Assembly (NCBI GenBank): GCA_036508135.1
Contig: DATCHW010000016.1
Span: 2,500-66,499, forward strand
DNA: 64,000 nt
Direction: 5' to 3'
Source: Ignavibacteria bacterium
Lineage (GTDB): Bacteria; Bacteroidota; Ignavibacteria; Tepidaquicellales; Tepidaquicellaceae
Part shown: positions 58,195 through 64,000 of the stretch, piece by piece
How positions within the stretch are numbered: position 1 is the first letter of the stretch
Layout of the letters: each line of letters begins with the position of its first letter
Notes under the pieces: generated by a model
Told to the model about the DNA's origin: nothing
What the model saw: the letters and a program-made list of their open reading frames with translations, nothing else
Databases searched by the model: none
Translations under genes and position numbers: made by a program

Positions 58195-59661
58195 TTACTG
58201 TTTGTTATTTTCCTTCTTATTATTTGAATTCGATTGTGTTGTATTGTCTTTTAGAACCGGATTAACTTTAGGTGCCGGATTAACTTTAGGTGCCGGATCA
58301 ACCTTAGGAGCCGGATTAACTTTAGGTGCCGGATTAACTTTAGGTGCCGGATTAACTTTAGGTGCCGGGTTAACCTTAGGAACAGTGTTAATATTCGAAT
58401 TTGTATTTCCGGACTTTATTATATTCTCGCTTTTATTACTTGTATTATTTGTGTTTCCGGTTTTAATACCCGTGTTATTTGTGTTCTCTGTTTTTATAAC
58501 CGTTTTTTTATCATTATTAGTATTGTTCAAATTTTCTTTTGTTTTTGTGTTTATAGTGGTATTAATTTTTGTATTTTTATCATTTGCAGAATTTTTATCA
58601 ACACCTTTATTAATAATTTCAGTTTTTGGTGCGGGTTCTTTAGTTATCTTTTTTTCTACTGTTTTAGTTACAACAGCATTTTTCTTTTTTGTATTTATAT
58701 TAATTTTCGGGTCAGTTTTAGTTACTGATTTTTTATCTACGACTTTTTCGATTGATTTCACATCGGGACCGGAATTAAAAAGTTTTTTACCTTCCTGTTT
58801 CAATCCTATAGTCTGATTTGAGTTAGTTAATATTCCTTTATTGTTTTTATATGGCATAACTGTTGAGACACTAACTTCTTTTGTGAAATCTTTTGTTTTG
58901 ACAAAAACCCAATGGTTCTCGTTAAAATGATGGTTGCCCCATGATGTAAAATTCCATTCTCTATGACGTATGCGTGGAGATATCGGATACCACCCTTCAT
59001 AATTTCTATGATGAGACCAGAAAACCCAGGCGGGAGCCCATCTTCGTCCCGGTGACCATACCCAGCCATAAACAGGAGAATACCACCATCTTCCGTAATG
59101 ATAAGTTGCCCAACCCCATCTGTAATTAGACTCCCAGCTCCAGCCCCTAAATGTCCAGGTCCAGCTTCCATTTGTATAAGGATTCCATCCTTCACCCGTA
59201 TAATGCGAGTTTGGTATCCAGATTGTATTAGTGTAAATATCCTCGTCCATAGCATCATTTTCACCGGAGGTAATATTTTCAGGGTCAACTTCATTTTCAT
59301 TTATTGATACAAATTCACCGTCAGAAGAAAGTGAATTCTGCAATGTCATAAGGCTGATTGTATCTTCGGTATTAGCTGTTTCATCAGAATAACTTGAATC
59401 TTCGGAGGGAATCGAAGCATCTGTTAAATACGAATCTTCGGAAGAATATGAATTAACAGGGATATATGAATTAGATGTAAAATCTGAGTTAACATCAGGA
59501 TTGTTTGCATTATAGATATTATCGTTCTGATTTGAATTTTCCGAAAGATTTTTTTTGCCGGTTACCAAGGAGCGGGTATTACTAACCGAATTTGTACTAT
59601 TATTGATTGCCGCAAATAAAACCGCAGCAAACAAGCTAATTAATATTACTATTGTTTTCAT
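58195..59661 (-). CDS. Secreted Trp-rich-core protein with a low-complexity Asn/Lys/Pro tail (DUF6600-like?)
   Basis: 488 aa with a signal peptide. Central ..WGWATYHYGRWWYSPVYGWVWSPGRRWAPAWVFW... C-terminal (PAPKVN)x7. Confidence 0.7.
   Translation of the reverse strand: MKTIVILISLFAAVLFAAINNSTNSVSNTRSLVTGKKNLSENSNQNDNIYNANNPDVNSDFTSNSYIPVNSYSSEDSYLTDASIPSEDSSYSDETANTEDTISLMTLQNSLSSDGEFVSINENEVDPENITSGENDAMDEDIYTNTIWIPNSHYTGEGWNPYTNGSWTWTFRGWSWESNYRWGWATYHYGRWWYSPVYGWVWSPGRRWAPAWVFWSHHRNYEGWYPISPRIRHREWNFTSWGNHHFNENHWVFVKTKDFTKEVSVSTVMPYKNNKGILTNSNQTIGLKQEGKKLFNSGPDVKSIEKVVDKKSVTKTDPKININTKKKNAVVTKTVEKKITKEPAPKTEIINKGVDKNSANDKNTKINTTINTKTKENLNNTNNDKKTVIKTENTNNTGIKTGNTNNTSNKSENIIKSGNTNSNINTVPKVNPAPKVNPAPKVNPAPKVNPAPKVDPAPKVNPAPKVNPVLKDNTTQSNSNNKKENNKQ
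58257..58382. repeat. 18-bp tandem repeat x7 (encodes PAPKVN repeats)
   Basis: CCGGATTAACTTTAGGTG units are contiguous from 58257. Confidence 0.95.
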
Positions 59662-59927
59662 TTTAGTACTCCTTTCGTGTTTTCTTTTTTATTTTCTTTA
59701 ACACAATTTAATTATTTTTTGTTCCCCCCCTCGGGGGTAAATTTTTCACTATCTTTCTTTAATAGTTAGACACGGAATATTTTAAAAACCTTCGGTTAAT
59801 TTTTGGAATCATAAATGAAACGGTGCCGGCTGAGTTAAATTTAGACACACCTTGTTTTCCATTCAATATGTTACTTTTTATTGCTAATTTTACACACATT
59901 GGTGTTAGTTAATCAAATTAATTCGAT

Positions 59928-61997
59928 ATGAAAATCTGTTTTTTAAAATTATTTTTTATAATTCTTATTATGTCTTTTTTTATGACCGGAAATAACGGGA
60001 ATGCGCAGGAAGAAATCAATTTTGATAAATTCAAAGGTGTGAAAACAGAAAACTTTGATTTATCTGTTTCTCCCGGGCAGAATTTTTATCAGTATGTAAA
60101 TGGTACCTGGCTCAGGAATAATCCAATTCCTGCTGAGTTTGGCAGATGGGGAAGTTTTATCATCCTCGCAGATGAAACGAATAAAGTTTTGAAATATATA
60201 CTCGAAGATGCTGCAAATAAAAGCGACGCTATAAAAGGCAGTTCTGTACAGAAGATTGGCGATATATATTATACTGCGATGGATTCAGCTACAATTGAAG
60301 CTCTCGGTTATAAACCGATAATTCCTTTTATGGAAAAAATTAATTCCATCGGAAGCACGGACGAATTTATCAAGGTGCTTGCTTACCTGCATACTTACCG
60401 GCTGGGACCGCTGTTCGGCTTTTCTACGGGTCAGGATAAAAAGAGCAGCAATGATGTGATTCCTCAGTTTTATCAGGGTGGACTCGGACTTCCGGACAGG
60501 GATTATTATACGAAAGATGATCCGAAATCAGTTGAAATTAGAGGTAAATATGTTGAACATATCGTCAATCTGTTCAAACTGGTCGGGGATGATGAGCAAA
60601 CTGCGAAAACAAAGGCAGATGTGGTAATGAAAATAGAAACACGTCTTGCAAATGCTTCAATGACAAAACTTCAGCAAAGAGATCCTGAAGCCACATATAA
60701 TAAATTTACCCCCGATGAATTGAAAAAGCATACTCCGGATTTTAACTGGGATATTTATTTTAATATAGCCGGATTAAATGACGCAGGAAAATTTAAAAAA
60801 GGAATAAATGTCGGGCAAAAAGATTTCTTTACAGAAGTGAATAAAATGATGAGCGATGTAAACCTTAATGACTGGAAAATTTATTTAAACTGGCATTTGA
60901 TAAACCGCACCGCAGATTTACTAAGTTCGGATTTCGTAAATGAAGATTTCGATTTCAACAGCCGCATAATGGGCGGAGTGAAAGAGCAGCAGCCGAGATG
61001 GAAAAGAATGCTTGGTATGGTGAACCGCTCTGCGGGCGAACTGCTCGGGAAAGTTTATGTTGAGAAGATGTTCAGCCCGAAGGCAAAAGAAAAAGCTTTA
61101 AAAATGGTGAATAATATTACCGCCGTACTTAAAGAACGAATTCAGAATCTTTCCTGGATGGATAACGCTACAAAAGATGCTGCGATAAATAAACTCAGCA
61201 AGTTCACGGTAAAAATCGGATATCCCGATAAATGGCGTGACTATTCCGGTCTTGAAATCAGCCGTGAATCTTTCTTCAACAATATGATAAAAGCATCTAA
61301 CTTTTCATTTAATTTCAATCTGAATAAAATCGGAAAACCCGTTGACAGGGATGAATGGGGAATGACACCCCAGACAATTAATGCATATTACAATCCTTCA
61401 AAAAATGAAATAGTGTTTCCTGCCGCGATACTTCAACCTCCGTTCTTTGATGCAGACGCAGATGACGCCTTGAATTACGGCGGTATTGGTGCGGTTATCG
61501 GTCACGAAATCACGCACGGCTTCGACGACCAGGGAAGAAAATATGACGGAGATGGGAATTTAAAAGACTGGTGGACAGAGCAGGACGGCAATAAATATAA
61601 GGAACTTGCAGATATGATAGCTGAACAGTACGATAATTTCACCGTCCTTGACAGCGTTCACGTAAACGGGAAATTCACTCTCGGGGAAAATATTGCAGAT
61701 CTCGGCGGACTTACACTTGCTTATTACGGACTGCAGAAAGCTTTAAAAGATAAAGATATGAATTTAATAGACGAATACTCACCTGTGCAAAGATTCTTCA
61801 TTTCCTGGGCACAAATCTGGAGAATAAATATTACCCCTGAACTGTCATTGAATTTTATTAATAATGATCCCCATTCACCAGGTGTACACAGGGTAAACGG
61901 ACCTCTCTCGAATATGAATGAATTCATTAATGCATTCAATATTAAAGAGGGCGATGATATGATAAGACCAAAAGATAAAAGAGTAGTTATCTGGTAA
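59928..61997 (+). CDS. M13-family (neprilysin/PepO-like) zinc metallopeptidase
   Basis: 689 aa with a signal peptide. HEITHGFD zinc motif, GENIADLGG, NAYY. Confidence 0.9.
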   Translation: MKICFLKLFFIILIMSFFMTGNNGNAQEEINFDKFKGVKTENFDLSVSPGQNFYQYVNGTWLRNNPIPAEFGRWGSFIILADETNKVLKYILEDAANKSDAIKGSSVQKIGDIYYTAMDSATIEALGYKPIIPFMEKINSIGSTDEFIKVLAYLHTYRLGPLFGFSTGQDKKSSNDVIPQFYQGGLGLPDRDYYTKDDPKSVEIRGKYVEHIVNLFKLVGDDEQTAKTKADVVMKIETRLANASMTKLQQRDPEATYNKFTPDELKKHTPDFNWDIYFNIAGLNDAGKFKKGINVGQKDFFTEVNKMMSDVNLNDWKIYLNWHLINRTADLLSSDFVNEDFDFNSRIMGGVKEQQPRWKRMLGMVNRSAGELLGKVYVEKMFSPKAKEKALKMVNNITAVLKERIQNLSWMDNATKDAAINKLSKFTVKIGYPDKWRDYSGLEISRESFFNNMIKASNFSFNFNLNKIGKPVDRDEWGMTPQTINAYYNPSKNEIVFPAAILQPPFFDADADDALNYGGIGAVIGHEITHGFDDQGRKYDGDGNLKDWWTEQDGNKYKELADMIAEQYDNFTVLDSVHVNGKFTLGENIADLGGLTLAYYGLQKALKDKDMNLIDEYSPVQRFFISWAQIWRINITPELSLNFINNDPHSPGVHRVNGPLSNMNEFINAFNIKEGDDMIRPKDKRVVIW

Positions 61998-62025
61998 AGA
62001 ATATTTTATGCGTTCCTAATATACG

Positions 62026-62058
62026 TTCCCAATCAGAGATTGGGAACAAGTTTTTTCT
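62026..62058 (+). terminator. Rho-independent terminator of the peptidase gene
   Basis: GTTCCCAAT-cagag-ATTGGGAAC followed by aagTTTTTTC. Confidence 0.7.
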
Positions 62059-62304
62059 TGTTTCGAAAGCCCACTTTCGAGACATACCCGTTCGATATAA
62101 ACGATACGAAGGTAGGCTTTCGTATCGAGGGGTAAATCTTTTCACACTTCCGTTTTCAATTTTTGATTTTTTAAATTTTATTTTTTAATCTTGTCTTAAC
62201 TTAATTTTACAAGTAAAAAGTCTTCGCTCCCTACAGTTTCATTTTTTGCTTTCTGTTTTTTATTTTTGATTTTTTAAATTTTATTTTTATAATCTTGTCT
62301 TAAC

Positions 62305-63024
62305 TTACTTTTTGCGGTCCATTGGCACTTCGATAAAGAGCACTTTGGAATTTTCTTCTGCCGAAATAATTATTTCGGAGGTTTCCCAGATACCTATTGC
62401 ATCTCTCCTTGACAATGTTTCATCCTCAACCGCAATTTTACCTTCAATCAAAAATATATAAACGCCGTTTCCTTCTTCTTGGATTTTATAAGTTGCACTA
62501 TTTGATTTATCGAGGTCGCAAAGTGAGAAATAAGCATCCTGGTTAATCCATAATTTATCTTTCCCCTTCTCGGGAGAAACAAATGTGTGTATTTTGTTTT
62601 TTCTTTTTCCCGGGTCGAGAGTTATCTGGTCATATCTTGGCGTTATATTTTGCTCTTTTGGAAACACCCACGTTTGTAACAGGTTAATAAGTTTTTTATC
62701 CGAGTGATTAAATTCGGAATGGTACACACCTGAACCGGCAGACATTATCTGAATATCGTTCACCCTGATTACTCCGCTGGTACCGGTGCTGTCTTTATGT
62801 TCCAGTTCACCTTCAAGCGGGATAGTAACAATTTCCATATTATCGTGAGGATGTTCCCCGAATCCTTCACCCGGTTCAACAATATCATCATTCAGCACTC
62901 TTAACAATCCGAAGTTCATTTTTTCGCGGTTAAAATATGCCGCGAAACTGAATGAATGGCGTGCTTTTAACCACCCGTGATCCGCATATCCCCTGTCTTC
63001 TGCTTTGTGAATTATCTTTTTCAT
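62305..63024 (-). CDS. Pirin family protein
   Basis: Likely start MKKIIHKAEDRG.. (the long ORF extends to 63060). Cupin His motif GEHPHDNMEIVTIPLEGELEHKDS. Confidence 0.85.
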   Translation of the reverse strand: MKKIIHKAEDRGYADHGWLKARHSFSFAAYFNREKMNFGLLRVLNDDIVEPGEGFGEHPHDNMEIVTIPLEGELEHKDSTGTSGVIRVNDIQIMSAGSGVYHSEFNHSDKKLINLLQTWVFPKEQNITPRYDQITLDPGKRKNKIHTFVSPEKGKDKLWINQDAYFSLCDLDKSNSATYKIQEEGNGVYIFLIEGKIAVEDETLSRRDAIGIWETSEIIISAEENSKVLFIEVPMDRKK

Positions 63025-63072
63025 TTTAATAGGATTTAATTTTAGAAAATTAAACCTCAACCCCTGATAAAA

Positions 63073-63681
63073 TTATTTTTCCCAGATTTTTATCAATTCT
63101 AAAAATTCTTTTTGTATGGTCTGCGTTTTATCTTCCGCGTACCACAGCATAGACCTCTTTGTTCTTTCCGCTTTTGGCACATCCGGATTTGCAACAAGCT
63201 CTTTAATCAGTTTCTGCACCGGAGCAGGTCTCGGTCCCCATTTGCCGAGCTCTTCCAGTGTTTCTGCATTAAAGCATACAAGTATCGGAATAGCTTTGCC
63301 GCCATTGGTCAGATAAGCATTCATAATATCCGGATATTCATCCCTCAGAATTATCTTGAGTTCTATGCTATTACTGTTTTCAGCTATCTTTGCTATGACA
63401 GGTACATTCATAGATACATCTCCGCACCAGGCTTCGGCAATAATCATCCAGATAAGTTTTCTTCCGGGATTTTTCAATTTTTTTAATAATTCATTGTTTA
63501 TCACCGTTGTCTTATCCAGCCGGTTCATTCTTTGAATATTCAGCTTTGTATAGCCAAGCATTTCCGGTGAATGGTTTGCGCCCGTTGTTTTTCCTTCTGC
63601 CAAAAGTTTATCAATCATTTTTCTGAATGATTGATAAGTATAAGCATTATCTAATATTTCTCTCGTTAAAGGATGTGACAT
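63073..63681 (-). CDS. Thioredoxin-fold family protein
   Basis: 202 aa. ..IIAEAWCGDV.. motif, in the size class of Bacteroidetes thioredoxin-like proteins. Confidence 0.65.
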   Translation of the reverse strand: MSHPLTREILDNAYTYQSFRKMIDKLLAEGKTTGANHSPEMLGYTKLNIQRMNRLDKTTVINNELLKKLKNPGRKLIWMIIAEAWCGDVSMNVPVIAKIAENSNSIELKIILRDEYPDIMNAYLTNGGKAIPILVCFNAETLEELGKWGPRPAPVQKLIKELVANPDVPKAERTKRSMLWYAEDKTQTIQKEFLELIKIWEK

Positions 63682-63747
63682 AGTTTATAATTTGGTTGTT
63701 GAAATATTCTGCAGGAGGTTTGAACTCCGGCAAAATTTTAAAATAAT

Positions 63748-64000
63748 CTATTTGGCAGTAATATTAAATTGAATATTAAAGTTGTCATTTATCATTTTAT
63801 CACCAAGATTATCGAAGAATTTTCCCGAACCATATTTAACTTCCCATAGTGTTCTGTCAATATCAAAATCTGCAGAAGCCGTAACCACACCGTTTTCAAC
63901 ATTTATAAATGCAGGGTAAGTTATTCCGTTAGTTTTACCTTTCATTGTTAGGTTTCCCTTTACCGAAAAGTTATAATTCGGTTTTGCCGGGTCGTTTAAC
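63748..64000 (-). CDS. YceI-like domain protein (5' end outside the window)
   Basis: The C-terminal ..DIDRTLWEVKYGSGKFFDNLGDKMINDNFNIQFNITAK matches the YceI fold pattern. The frame stays open to the window edge. Confidence 0.6.
   Translation of the reverse strand, partial: LNDPAKPNYNFSVKGNLTMKGKTNGITYPAFINVENGVVTASADFDIDRTLWEVKYGSGKFFDNLGDKMINDNFNIQFNITAK

Noticed and set aside
58202-58816. 204-aa plus-strand ORF rich in (GAGLTL) repeats
   Set aside because: It is an antisense shadow of the low-complexity tail and 18-bp repeat of 58195..59661, which has the signal peptide and conserved core.

Overview
AT-rich (about one third G+C by eye) bacterial chromosomal segment. It is most likely from an FCB-group organism (Ignavibacteriota/Bacteroidota-like), for three reasons: four secreted proteins end in T9SS type-A C-terminal sorting domains (..NYPNPFNP.TKI..), a FISUMP-domain protein is present, and several promoters fit the Bacteroidetes TTTG-N19-TAnnTTT(G/C) type. 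I recognised no rRNA, tRNA, CRISPR array, transposase or integrase. Layout: (1) 0-4.9 kb: a molybdenum hydroxylase gene pair and a beta-propeller/transglutaminase protein. (2) 5.2-13.5 kb: a restriction/defence islet made of a frameshifted PLD-nuclease/SNF2 helicase, a DUF1016 PD-(D/E)xK nuclease and a 1167-aa Eco57I-type N6-adenine methyltransferase, followed by an ORF6N gene remnant. (3) 14-31.4 kb: one co-directional minus-strand cluster. It starts with a LytTR response regulator and a propeller-type sensor kinase. Two operons follow, each preceded by the same duplicated ~380-bp module carrying three ACCGTT repeats spaced exactly 21 bp apart (candidate LytTR operators). The first operon encodes a small protein, a G+C-rich FGE/SUMF1-like protein and a T9SS protein. 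The second encodes a DUF1573 protein, a 1686-aa Cys-rich giant, a 457-aa paralogue and an 888-aa putative outer-membrane barrel; the last three share an unassigned ~250-aa N-terminal module. (4) 31.7-58 kb: a mosaic of mostly minus-strand, functionally unrelated genes (methyltransferases, nitroreductase, ADH, VOC, KatG, HipBA, a HEPN-like protein plus a membrane protein, T9SS proteins). It is punctuated by at least seven copies or fragments of one ~310-bp PHA-granule-like gene with its terminator and flank, by a thrice-repeated promoter-plus-5'-hairpin element, by repeated hairpin terminators, and by a strictly phased array of 20 units of 21 bp (iteron/centromere-like) next to an HTH gene. (5) 58-64 kb: housekeeping-type genes (M13 peptidase, pirin, thioredoxin-like, YceI). 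All family assignments come from motifs read by eye and need HMM/BLAST confirmation.
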